64,000 nucleotides of DNA from Squalus acanthias (lineage: Eukaryota), in assembly GCA_030390025.1 (NCBI GenBank), contig CM059432.1, positions 34,598,001-34,662,000 of the forward strand, read 5' to 3'. Of this stretch, positions 1 through 12,362 are shown piece by piece. Every line of letters begins with the position of its first letter. Position 1 is the stretch's first letter. A program made the translations under genes and the position numbers. Below the pieces are notes generated by a model, which saw nothing but the letters and a program-made list of their open reading frames with translations, had not been told where the DNA came from and searched no databases.

Positions 1-805
1 TTTGCAATCCTCCAGTCCCCTGGCAGCGCCCCCATATCTAAGTAGGATTGGAAGATTGTGACCAGACCCTCCGCAGTTTCAAGATACAAGATTCAATGCA
101 AGAGATTTAGAACAGAGGGCAAGCGAAACATAGAAACATAGAAAAATAGGAGCAGGAGTAGGCCATTCGGCCCTTCAAGTCTGCTCTGCCATTCACTATG
201 ATCATGGCTGATCCTCTATCTCAATACCATATTCCCGTGCTCTCTCCATACCCCCTGACACCTTTTGCGTCTAGAAACCTCTTCAGAGTTGTGAGGCTGT
301 GGATTTCATTTCCAGGGTTCGTGATTGAGGCAGAAATTATGCCAACATTCAAAATAAGATTGGATAGATTGATGAAGGGAAAGGGGATGAAGGGATATGG
401 GAACAGGGTGGGTAAATATGATTAGAACTATTTGCTCACATGGAGCGTAAACATCGACACTGACTGGGCCGAATGGCCTGTTACCGTGTTGTAACTTTTA
501 TGTATTTCTGTGTTCAGTTCTGGTCACCAAGAAACAAGGGAAATATCCAAGTCTGGGGATCAGCGTACAGAAGGGTCATTAGGCAGATCCCAAATCTCGA
601 AGGACTGAGCAATGAAGAATGGTTAGAAAAACTCTCCAGCCTTGAAAGGAGACAAAAGGGAGGGGGCTTTAGAGAGGATGTAAGAAACTAAGTGGAATAG
701 AAAAGGTTAATACAAAACACTACTTCAAGTCAGACCATGAATGCAGGACAGAGGGACATGGGTATAAACTGGTAAAAGGAAATTTCAGCACTTCACACAC
801 ACAAA

Positions 806-1286
806 GGGGTCGATTTTCACTGACTTCGCCTGATGTTAATAGGGCCATAATGGCCTCAAAATGGGGTCGGTAGACTTACCACCCTGTTAACACTGGCGAT
901 GTAGCCGGCTCCATTTTGAAAGGGGCCTACTGTGGATTTTCAAAGAGACTGCATTTTTCAGCAGATAGACCCCTTTTAATATGGAAATCAGGGTCTTATG
1001 AGTGCTCCTCTGGGGCTCAGAAAAATAATCTGGCCCACTGCCATTCCGGGAGCTCTACCCTTCGCGATGACAACCGCTCCCTGCAACTTCCGTTGCTGGT
1101 GGTCACGGCCCTGGCTTCAATCCGGCGAGCCACACGGGAGACACCTGTTTGGCACCCCGCAGCTCGTCTGCCCGATTTAAAGGAGGCCGGGGCCTCAAAT
1201 TCGCTAAAACTCTTCGCTGCCGGAACGGGCGGCCGGTCTTGCGAGTAAGCCAGGCAGTTGGTCGCCCAAAAGTCAAAACCGACCCC
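806..1286. mobile_element. MITE-like non-autonomous DNA transposon
   Basis: TIRs ggggtcgatttt / aaaaccgacccc (1 mismatch); related pieces near 40300-40470 and 43340-43625. Confidence 0.6.
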
Positions 1287-2794
1287 AGAGTGACTAATAG
1301 CTGGAATGCGCTCCAGGTAGGGGAGTGGGGCCAAAAGCTCAAGTCATTCAAGAGGCTGCTGAATGCCATTTTGGAGGGGGATCGTAGGTGTCTATGGAAG
1401 GATGAACTAGATGGACTGAATGATCTTCCTCATCTCTACATATCTCTAAGAAATCTGAATTTAAAACAATCAGCAGCTGACGGGGGCAGAAACAGTCAAA
1501 GACCTGACTCTTTTTTCTATAATGTGTTCAGAGAATGGGCTCATTCAGACATTCGCAGGGCCTCTTGATAAAATTATCCACTGGGTTCACCCAAGGCCGC
1601 CTTCACACAAAAGGAGTGCTTGTGGCACTCTGACTTTTCCACCACGGTGCACCAAGCTTCTCCTCCTGTTGGTCTCAAAAGACTTTTCTCCTGTGTGTTC
1701 GTACTCACACGATAGGATCCTACTGCCACAGACAATTCTTGAATTCAACAAGACTCTGGTCTCTGAAGGAGTTTTGGTTAATGCATCATTACAGAATGTG
1801 TCCCAAGGTTCATAGCCTGGCTGGGTCTTTGTCTGGCTACAGGAGCAAAATTCAACATTAAAGACATTGGATAGAGAATGGGCCCCCGTGACAGTTTTAG
1901 TCGCTATTTATTGAGTTCTAAATTGTAAGTATTACCTTGCAAGAGAAACTCCCCAAGTTTCTCTCCTCCTCTTGAAGGTATCGAGTCTTTCCGGGATATA
2001 GTTCCACTCTCACTGCTTCAAACAAGCTAACGGTCACACCAACAGTCAGCGTTCTGGGTGCGGGGCGGTGTGGGTTCAGTTAATGTGCCAGTGTTTGCTG
2101 ATGAGAATCAACTCAGACCAGGCCCCTCTACACCAGGCCAGTGGCAAATGCACCAGAACAGATATCTCTCTTTCTACACCACTCCCAGTCTTAAAGGTGG
2201 GGATTGTGAGAACAGTAGAGGCCACAATCAAGAAGCAATTCTTTGTGCAAAGAGTGGTGGAAATTTGGAACTCTCTCTCTCTCCCCGCCCCCCCCCCCCC
2301 CCCAAAATTGAAATTTTTGGCTTGTATTCCCTTGAGTTTAGAAGATTGAGGGGTGATCTGATCGAGGTGTTTAAAATGATAAAGGGATTCGATAAGGTAG
2401 ATAAAGAAACTATTTCCTCTGGTGGGGGAATCCAGAACAAGGCATCTTCAAGATGTCCCAGCCAATTAATTACCAGTGTGGCTATGATAGTCTACTGTGT
2501 GTTATTGGGTAAGAAATTAAGCCAGTTGTGAATTCAAATCCCACCATGGTAAATTATAAAATGTTATAAATCTGGTAATTTCTAGACTAGTGGCAGAAAA
2601 TGACTGAAAGCTGCTGGATTACTGTTTTAAAAAAAAAACGAATTGGATCACTAATGCGCTTCAGGGAAGTCAACCTGTTACCTCCTTACCTGTACGTGAC
2701 TCTAGTCCTATACTATGAGGTTGACTTAATGTTGCTGGGGCAACAAGGAACATGGCAGTGTTTCCCTACATCCCAAGAACCAATTAAAAAAAAA

Positions 2795-3120
2795 TCACTG
2801 TTGTAATGCAGGAGGCAGTTAGTGCACAGCAAGATCCCATAAGCAGCAAATTAATTTTTTTTGGTGGTGTTTGCTGAGGGAAGAATATTGGCCAGGACAG
2901 CTCCCTTTTCTTTGAAAAATGCCATAGAACTTATGAACTTATGACCTTAACCTGAACAGGCAGATAGAGCCTCGGTTTAATGTCTCATCCTAAAGACGGA
3001 TCCTCTAGCAACCCAACACTCCCTTAATGCTGCACTGAAGCATCAGCCTAGGTTACATGCTCAAGTCGGTACTGGGACTTGAACCTTTGAACTATGGTGC
3101 GAGAGTGTTGCCAACTAAGG
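2795..3120 (-). mobile_element. Deu-domain tRNA SINE copy (degenerate)
   Basis: Reverse-complement match to the SINE at 9140-9571, including B-box-like gttcaagtccc. Confidence 0.7.
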
Positions 3121-3481
3121 CAAGCAGGGATAATGCCAAATTTGATGTAGGGGGAGAAAGCCGCCTTGTGCCCAAAACGGGCAGCAAGTCAGTGGAGCGA
3201 TTGTTCTGTGTACTGGTCAATACCAGACTTAGGCCAAAGCCATCAGTCCACATTTGAATAGAAGCAGCAAGCCAGGGCGCCAAACGGGTGTCGCAATGAA
3301 GCTAATGTGCACTAATGGATTCTGGCTGGTGCCGATGCCGAGTCAGCCCACAGGTAGGGTCTTGGGGTGATGGGAGCAGTTGACGTCGAGGGGGGTGAGC
3401 AGCGGCCCGCATTGTGTGTGTGTGTGCTAACCCCCCCCCCCCCCCCCAGCTTCCTTATATTAATGGTCAATGTGATCTCCT

Positions 3482-4272
3482 GCAAGTGTGATGCGATGCA
3501 TTTTCACAGAAGGAACAAGGAGAGGCAATATACACTTAAGAGCACAGTTTGAAAGAGTAGACGGACCTGGGAGTTAATGTGCATAGGTCCCTGAAGGTGG
3601 CAGGACATATTGAGGGAGTGGTTAACAAAGCATATGGGATCTTGGGCTTCATAAATAGAGGTATTGAGTACAAAAGTAGAGAAGTTATGCTGAACCTTTA
3701 TAAAGCGCTGGTTAGGCCACAACTGGAGTATTGCGTCCAGTTCTGGTCACCACACTTTAGGAAGGATGTGAAGGCCCTTGAGAGGGTGCAGAGGAGATTT
3801 ACCAGAATGGTTCCGGGGATAGGGGATCTTAGCTACATGGACAGGTTAGAGAAGCTGGATTTGTTTTCATTAGAGCAAAGGAGGTTGAGGGGTGATTTGA
3901 TAGAGGTGTACAAGATTATGACGGGTTTTGATAGGCTAGACGGGGCAAGGCTGTTCCCACTAGTTGATGGTACAAGGACTAGGGGACACAGATTTAAGGT
4001 TTTGGGCAAGAGATACAGGGGGATGTGAGGAAAAACTTTTTTACGCAACGAGTGGTGAGGACCTGGAATTCGTTGCTGATGGAAGTGTTGGAAGCAGAGA
4101 CACTCAATGTTTTCAAGGGGAGGCTGGATAGGCACTTGAGGGAAATAAACTTGCAGGGCTACGGGGATAGAGCAGGGGAATGGGACTGACTGGATTACTC
4201 TACAGAGAGCCGGCACGGACTCGATGGGCTGAATGGCCTCCTTCTGTGCCGTTATGACTCTGACTCTGACTC
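3482..4272 (+). mobile_element. CR1 LINE 3' fragment
   Basis: LVRPQLEYCVQFWSP...RRLRGDLIE; 3' UTR ending tgactc repeats. Confidence 0.92.
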
Positions 4273-4750
4273 GTTTCGAATGCCTGAGGAGTCTGAAGAA
4301 TTTTCCAGAGTTTTTTTCCCCTTTTATTGGTGCTGGGATTTTATCTGGTTCTTTTGCCTAACGCAGGCGATTACATGTCTGTGTGGGGTGCGTAGGAAGT
4401 GTCTAGTCATGATACTCCAGGCATCATGAGTGTGGAGCAGGCGTGGTGGAGCAACTGGTCTTTTCCTGCCCATCATACTCATAAAAACAATCCCTTATTC
4501 AGCCTGCTCACTGAAATCTTCCTCCCTAAACATGATGATAAAAGTGGAATTTTAATATTTGGAACATTTGGGGGGAGGGGACTGTGGTTTCCTTATCTTC
4601 ACAATGAGAAACGGGAGCGAATGAGGGGTAGAGGCAGTGGTGCAAAATCTTCTACACACAAGCTGCTGACAGACAGCAGCATCTCTTGAAACCCTCTCTG
4701 TATGTCTCTCTCGAAACAAGTCACTTCAGCTTTTAAATGAGCTTACCTCT

Positions 4751-4763
4751 GTTGCCAAGCAAC
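4751..4763. promoter_or_regulatory. RFX X-box-like motif
   Basis: gttgccaagcaac fits GTNRCC-N-RGYAAC; a second half-site gttgcc follows. Confidence 0.35.
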
Positions 4764-5247
4764 TGTTGCCTAGGTGCTGAGAAAGGAGACAACCTCGTCC
4801 CCGACAGACTGCTGATGTTTTTTTTAAAAAAAGCGCAGCCATCTGCGAGAGACCCAGAAGTGGAAACATTCCCTTTAAAATGAGAGAAGGATAGGAAGGA
4901 TGGATTTGGAAGATCTTATTACCACCCCTTGCAGTTCCTGTTGCTTTTTCCTCGTCCGCTTTTCTGAAGGTGTTGACCCCTGGCATGGCTCCAGTGTGAG
5001 CATCGACAGGCAGCTCGACCACAGGAGGCATCGCATACGAACGAACGTACAAAAAAGACGGACAGAATAAACGTAGGCCATAGCTGCACCCTCACGTGAT
5101 GCCTGCCCATGCACAGAGGGGGCCAGTGATCAGGAGTGGGAGCCCTGGCTGATTTAACCCCTCCTTAACCCAGGGCCAACTGAGGCATTCCTATTGGCTG
5201 AGATCGACTAACTTAGCTCAGAGGCATTGGGACTTCAGGAGAGTTTA

Positions 5248-5720
5248 AAATGTATTCTTGGGAAGTGGGTGTCGCTGGCAAGGCCGGTGTTTATTTCCCA
5301 TCCTTAGTTGCCCTGAAGAGATGGTAGGTCTTTTCCTTGAACGGCTGCTGTCCGTGTGGAGAACGTGCTCCCACAGTGCCGTTAGGTCGGGAATCACAGC
5401 TGAGTAGTCCATCCGGTTTTCTTGTTAATCTTTGCAGAGGTTTGACACAACTGAGTGCCTTGCTGTGCTTCTTCAGAGGGCAATTAAGAGTCAATCACAT
5501 TGATGAGGGACTAGAGCCACATGTAGGCCAGACTGGGTAAGGTTTCCTTCCCTAAAGGAGATTAGTGAACCAGTTGGGTTTTCACAGCAATCCAACAGCT
5601 TCATGGTTATTTCTACTGATACCAGCTTTTTATTTCCAGATTTTTTTATTGAACTGGATTCAAATTCTCAATGCCACGGTGGGATTTGAACTCATGTTCT
5701 CTAGATTATAAATGCAAGTG
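5248..5720 (-). mobile_element. Second SINE-like family copy
   Basis: Reverse complement of the family at 57045-57302; also + copies near 2525-2790 and 7295-7425. Confidence 0.65.
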
Positions 5721-6289
5721 TTTCTTTTTTTCTTTTTATTAGTCTACTACACTACCATATCGCTTCAGGGAAGTGCCAGAAATGTGTGTGTATATTTATA
5801 TTTATAAAATGAAATTTGAACATTTCCATCTTTAGTTGGGTAGGCCTGCTTTGCTTGGCCTTTGTGAATCCACCTGGCTGAAGCCTGTTGTCCCTATCGA
5901 TGAGAGAAGTTTGGGAATATTTTTCACCCCCATTTGTGTTTTATTTTTGTCCCCCTTTATCAAAGAAAGACAATAGGGCAGAAATTCTTCTGCCCTTCTG
6001 GTAGAAGAGCTTGGAATTAGGCCTCAGCCTTCCTCTTACAAGGCCAGTGATGTAGAGCAGCTTGGGACTCCATACATTGGGAGTCCCCACGACCTCAGCC
6101 TAGCAGAAGGTAAGCGCATTTTTAAAGGTCGGTACTGCCCTGTGGGAGGAGGTGTACCTGCCTCTCTTTAGACTGAGGGGCCCAGCATTAGGGCCTAGGC
6201 TGGGATCATGGTCTGGACCCACAAAGATGTAAGGCAATCAAGTGTTTTAAATATTTAATTCAGCCCCCTTATAAAGGAGGCTGAGTCTG

Positions 6290-6690
6290 ACTGCTTTGTG
6301 CGAGGTTAAGTTCCATCCAGAGACTTGAGCATAAAATCTCGCTGACACTCCAGTGCAGTACTGAGGGAGTGCTGCACTGTCAGAGGTGCCACCTTTCGGA
6401 TGAGCTGTTATCTGAGGCCCTGTCTGCCCTTTCAGGTGACGATCCCATGGCACCCTTCTCCCAGGGTTCTCCCAGTGTCCTGGCCAATATTTATCACTCA
6501 ATCAACATCACTACAAACAGATTATCTGGTCATTATTTCATTTTTGTTTGTACGTTCTTGCTGTGCGCAAATTAGCTGCCTGTTTCCCTATATTAAAACA
6601 GTGACTACACTTCAAAAAGTATTAATTGGCTGTGAAGCGCTTTGGGACATCCAGAGGTCGCTATATAAATGCAAGTTTGTTCCTTCTTTC
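6290..6690 (+). mobile_element. Deu-domain tRNA SINE
   Basis: gagggagtgctgcactgtcagaggtgcc...tcctggccaatattt core; L2-type tail ctatataaatgcaag. Confidence 0.8.
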
Positions 6691-7865
6691 TCCCGCTGCC
6701 CTGTTCAACATTCCTCCCTCAACCAACACCACCAAAAAAACCATATGGAATGGTCATTGAGCTGGTTTCTGTTTGTGGAGCTACGCTGGTGCACAATGGC
6801 TGCCATGTTCCCCTTCCTGGAAACTGTCACTGCAGTTCAAAAAGTAATTCATCGTGTGAAGCGCTTTGACACATTCCTCAGACATGTGATGTGGTGCAAT
6901 GGTCTTTCTCTATTCTGCCGGAAACCTATCCTCTTCCCCTTTGCAGGGTAAATGATTGCAATCTCCCTCCCTCCTAGTCCTCACAATAAGATTGAGGAAT
7001 TCCTCTGCAGCTATTTCTACTCTTACCGGTCGCAGAAGTTTTCACAGTATTTATTTCTGATTATTGAAGTGAGATTTGATGAGAGCTCCTACCTTTAGGC
7101 TTGTCTGGGATGTCGTCTCATACACTTGACGTGTGCCTAGCCGGGCTGACAGGACAGTTCATGTCTGATTCAGGAGGACCATGAACTGCAACACAAATAG
7201 GCAATGGCTGTCCACAGGCTCGTTTAACCCTTAGACTGCGTGTGATTTACAGTCCCCTGCTCACCAGGCACTGACTTGCAAGGAACCCTGGTCCGGTAAC
7301 ATAGTGGTTATTGCTCTGGACTAGCAATCCAGAGGCTGAGAGTTCAAATTTCACCATGGCAAGTTGGGAAATTGAATTAATCAAATCTAATGATTCGTGG
7401 GCTGGCATCTGATAAAATGACCACAGGATCAATATTCCCGCCCCTCCCCCCCAACCACAACAGGCAGGAGAGGATCTGCGGGGGGGGGGGATAAAATTTA
7501 AAATTGGGGAAGGTGTCCCCAAACCGCTGCGTAAGCGCCTGCCCCCATTTTTATGGCAGCGGGTCCTGGAGAGGAGGGACACTTCATTATAATATTTAAA
7601 TCAGGTGCCCACAGAGCAAGTGGGCTGCAACTTTCACATTTAAATTAGGCCCTCGCCTGCTTGCAAGGGCATCCTCGGCCGGGTGGGAATGGTGCAGCCT
7701 TGGGTCGCTAAATGGACTCGGCCAATTTTAACCCCTCCCACACACCGATCCTGCCGGATTGGGGAAGGCGTGGGTTAAAGTTGATCTTCTGGTTTCAAGA
7801 TGGTTTCTGAAAATGTGGGGCTGAAATTCTGTAGTGGCGGTGGGGGTGGGTAACTATAACTTTTT

Positions 7866-8588
7866 GGGCTGGATTTTGAATGACCCGTGGAGTCGGGTTT
7901 GGAGGCGTGTGGGGGGTTAAAGTAGCAGATTTGGGGGTCCCGACCCCATCCCGACTCCAACACGCCTCCACGCAATTTTGACAAAATGGGTCACGGGGTT
8001 CCCGACTCCGTCCCGCCTCCAAGAGGCGCGAGAGGCCATTAACGCTCTTAACTATCCCTAAATTGGCTCTGTAATGCCATTTTGAAACGTTTTAGCTAGT
8101 TTAACCCTTTTCAAACATGAAGTACGCCTGATGTGAAACACGCCAGTGAAACCTGGCGGGAGCACAAGTGGATAGGTGACTATCAGCTGCAGGTCCACTA
8201 TTACAACGGAGATGTGATGAAGGTAGTAGTAGTATTATGTCTAAAAGTCACCTCTGATGCTGCTGCATTGAATGTCTTCAGAGACTGCCTGGCCTTTGCT
8301 GTGAGAGGACCTGAATGCAAAAAAAATGCGCGCTCTCGCTCTCTCATTTTGCATCCAGGTCCTCTCACCAAAAGCCATGCAGTCAGTCTCTGACCTGCAA
8401 TGATGACATCATCAGAGGCGACTTTCAGACTGAAACCACTAATTGGTTCATGGGTTCCCATATGCTGGAACTCAATTACCCAATTAAGTGAAAATTGCAT
8501 CATTCATCCACATTAATCTGGAGTTGGGGGGGCAACACGAAATGTGGGTAACACGACCCCAACCCGACCCCAAGACAAAATCCAGACC
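7866..8588. mobile_element. MITE (PIF/Harbinger-like) with internal long inverted repeat
   Basis: TIRs gggctggattttg / caaaatccagacc (1 mismatch), flanked by TTT on both sides. Confidence 0.65.
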
Positions 8589-9139
8589 TTTAACTTTCCC
8601 GCCAGCACAGACACGATGGGCCGAATGGCCACCTTCTTCTGTTATTCTATGATAACTCCAGCGGGAGACCCGTGGCATTTCATTCCCGTGAAACACACAC
8701 AGCTCTGCCAGCTTCAGATGAAATAACAGCCAGTCCGGGAGTGTACCAGCGCACCAAGGACACACGCCCAGTCTTGGAATTCTTGAGAACGTCCTGCCCA
8801 GCAAAGCCTCACTGAGTGTAATTCGCATTGAGTGTAGCATTTGCCTCCTAGCCTCCACCTGTCAGTCTAGCCGTCTGCTCTTTCCTTCTCACAAATCCTA
8901 AATGACTGAGATGTGATTTGGCTGCAGGAATTTTTATAACTGAATGCATTGCACCATCATAAACAAGCGTAGAGAGAGTGAGAGGAGTCATCGACATGTT
9001 AAATCAAAACTTTCCAGCTGTCCATTTGCTAACCACTGACTGGGGCCTCGCTCCATAGACTTGGCAGCCATTACGTAAGCACAAGTCATCTGTTTGTGCA
9101 TTTAGAACAATTGTGAAATGTATACCAAGGGGGTGAAGT

Positions 9140-9571
9140 GGGTCAGCTGTGGCTCAGTGGTAGCTCTCTCGTCTGAGTCACAATGTTGTGGGTTCGAGTC
9201 CCACTCCAGAGACGTGAACACATTCCAGGCTGATTCTTAAGTGCATTAATGAGGGAGTGCTGCACTGTCTGAAGTTCCGTTTTTTGGATGAGACGTTCAA
9301 TCGAGGCCCCCTCTGCTGTCTCGGATGGATGTAAAATGTTCCACGCCGCTATTTGAAAAAGAGCGGGGAGTTCGTTCAGTGTCTTGGCCAATATTTATCC
9401 CTCAACCAGCACCACCAAAAATTCATATTAACAAGTCATGTACTGTTGTAGGACCTTGCTGTGTGCAAATTGGCTACCACGTTTCCCTATATTCAAATGT
9501 ATTTAATTGGTTGTGAAGCACTTTGGGATGTTATGGTCATGAAAGGTACTTTTTAAATGTAAGTTCTTTCT
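9140..9571 (+). mobile_element. Near full-length Deu-domain tRNA SINE (SacSINE1/AmnSINE1-like core)
   Basis: A box tggctcagtgg, B box ggttcgagtcc, Deu core, tail shared with the adjacent L2. Confidence 0.85.
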
Positions 9572-9714
9572 AATGTTCAATAAATTTGCCTGGTCGTATG
9601 CAGTGTGATAGAATATTATCTTTTTCCACCTACTAATAGCGAGGAGATGACATGACAGCATGTGATCCAGTTCAGTCAGCTGGGGTTCGCTATTCGACCC
9701 CGAGTCACACTATA

Positions 9715-10833
9715 CTTCGTCCAGCTGGGTGGGACTGCACTCGCCTGGTTCCATTTTTCTCTATCTAATCGTACCCAGAGAATCACCTGCAATGGCATCT
9801 CTTCCCGCTCCCGCACCGTTACCACTGGTGTCCCCTAAGGATCTACCCTTGGCCCCCTCCTAATTCCTACATGTTGCCCCTTGGCGACAGGATCCGAAAA
9901 CACTGCGTCAGTTTCCACATGTACGCTGACAACACCCAGCTCTACCTCACCACCACCTCCCTCGACCCCTCCACTATCTCTAAATTGTCAGACTGCTTGT
10001 CCGACATCCAGTACTGGATGAGCAGAAATTTCCTCCAACTAAATATTGGGAAGACCGAAGCCATTGTCTTCAATCCCTGCCACAAACTCCATTCCCTAGC
10101 CACCGACTCCATCCTTCTCCCTGCCAACTGTCCTGGAGCTGTCTGAGTCTGTTCGCAACCTTGGTGCTGTATTTGACCCTGACATGAGCTTCCGACCACA
10201 TATCTGCACCATCACTAAGACCGCCTATTTCCACCTCCATAACATTGCCTGACTCTGCCCCTGCCTCAGCTCATCTGCTGCTGAAACCCTCATCCATGAC
10301 TTTGTTACCTGTAGACTTGACTATTCCAACGCACTCCTAGCTGGCCTCCCACGTTCTACCCTACGTAAACTTGAGGTGATCCAAAACTCGGCTGCCTGTG
10401 TTCTAACTCACACCAAGTCCCATTCACCCATCACCCCTGTGCTCGCTGACCTACATTGGCTCCCGGTTAAGCAACGCATCGATTTAAAAATACTCATCCT
10501 TGTTTTCAAATCCCTCCAGCCCTGCAACCCTCTGAGATATCTGCGTTCTTCTAATTCTGGCCTCTTGAGCATCCCTGATTTTAATCGCTCCACCAGTGGT
10601 GGTCGTGCCTTCAGCTGCCAAGGCCCTAAGCTCTGGAATTCCCTCCCTAAACCTCTCCGCCTCTCTATCTCTCTTTCCTCCTTTTAAGACGCTCCTTAAA
10701 ACCTACCTCTTTGACCAAGCTCTGCCCTAATATGTGGCTCGGTGTCAAATTTTGTTTCATAACGCGCCGTGAAGCATCTTGGGATGTTTTACTACGTTAA
10801 AGGCGCTCTATAAATACAAGTTGTTGTTGTTGT
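9715..10833 (+). mobile_element. L2-clade LINE 3' part
   Basis: FHMYADNTQLY, LQLNIGKTE, HSPITPVLADLHWLPV, KLWNSLP; (gtt)n tail. Confidence 0.9.
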
Positions 10834-11403
10834 ACACTTATCGAGATATTGGGCAGATAAAGACACACTTTGTTTCATAGGGGAGAATATGTTCAGTGTT
10901 CGCTGCTGTGGGTATCAAAGTTGAATCCAAACCTGCCCTCAGTTGACATCAATACACAGACACACACATTCCTCTGGGCTTCAATAATGATCAGGAGTTG
11001 AAACCGTAACTGAGTGTCTTCTCCAGAGACACAGAGATTAGTTTTAATGCCCCAGACCAGCGGCCTGGCTGAGATCAAGCTGACTCAGCACAGGCTGGGA
11101 ATCAAACCGGCTACTCTGTTCCTGAGTATTTTTAAATAAAATTTTCGTGGAGTACAGTGTACGAGCACATTCACCGAGCAGCCCACGTCAGTCAATAGAG
11201 GTCCCGTGAAAAAGTGATCTTACATTAGTTGTTGCTCCACTGTTTTGGAGGCCAGGACTGTTGTATAAATCCTGAGAGAGAGTGTTCAACTGCTTGCTCT
11301 TTCCCATCTCCATTCCCGGCTTCCTCCCCCCCTCTCCGCAGTCAGACTGAAGTAGGCCCCTGTTCAGTGTGCCACCGTGCAGAGGTTGCCCTGTGCAACA
11401 ATG

Positions 11404-11420
11404 CCACCAGCAGGTGGCAG
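11404..11420 (+). promoter_or_regulatory. CTCF-like motif
   Basis: ccaccagcaggtggcag contains CCAGCAGGTGGCAG, close to the CTCF core consensus; non-repetitive context. Confidence 0.4.
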
Positions 11421-11996
11421 GCCCTCTCCTACCCCTCCCATGGCCTCATAGAAGCCAGCCAGACACGTGCTGACAGCTGCCTACAACAGATGGTGCTGGT
11501 CAAGTCCTTTATGCCCGGAGCTGCAGGGGCGGGAGGAGGAAGAATAGAGTTAGGCCTCAAAGCAAGCCATCTGTCACCTGTCAGAGTTTGATTCTGAGGC
11601 AGAAAAACTATTTACACCACATATCCCCCAGCTGTTCAATAATGGGATTACACAAGCGCGATGACCAGATCAATTCAAGTCACAGTATTCTGATCCATGG
11701 GCCTGGAAGATTCAAGGAATGAGACTTTTAGGTATGAGTTTTGAACTCAAGACAATGACTTAATAATTGATTAAAATTAGCAAACCGTGTCCGACACAGA
11801 ACACAAACAAATGGTATTAAATTCTTCTCTCCATTAGCCATTTTCACTTATATTTTCCCCTTCTCTGATTTTTTTCTCTCTCTCGCTTCACTATTACGGT
11901 AGGATTTGTGCACGTTTTTCTGCAAGAGAAGGTAAGTCTCATGCTGCTATCTGACAGCAGAGTGATGCTTGAGTCCTGAGGTGAGAGGGTAGAAAA

Positions 11997-12362
11997 TAGG
12001 GTTGCCAACCCTCCTGGATTGTCCTAGCGTCTCCAGGAATTAAAGATTAATCTCCCGGACACTCCTGACGGAAACCTGAGAGAAAAATAATAGGAGCGCT
12101 TTCCCAGAATTACAACAAACAGAAGGGCTGCAACACGCCCAGGATGTAATGCGGCACTGGCGCACTCACGCTCCAATAAAACCAAGCAATGTATAGAGCC
12201 GTTTCTGGAGCGCAGAAGGTTGTGGGTATTGTAGCCGCCATTATTGACTGATTGTCACAAGGATTGACGTGTCGGGCAACCGATGGCAGGAGAACTGGGG
12301 CGGGGTGGTTGGAGGCAGTGAAACCTCTCGGAATATGGCTCAACCGCAGTTGGCAACTAGTA
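11997..12362. mobile_element. hAT-like MITE remnant
   Basis: Ends tagggttgccaac / gttggcaac; no clear TSD. Confidence 0.4.

Noticed and set aside
1560..1840. Possible diverged last exon
   Set aside because: No frame gives a convincing MYO1D/G C-terminus with the right phase.
7093..7186. Minus-strand AG...GT bounded segment
   Set aside because: Stop codons in all three frames; no support without RNA data.
9140..9215. tRNA gene
   Set aside because: The A and B boxes belong to a SINE head that continues into the Deu core; no convincing cloverleaf.
11903..11937. 29-bp plus-strand micro-exon with pyrimidine tract and AAG/gtaagt
   Set aside because: No partner exons or recognisable product; may be chance.
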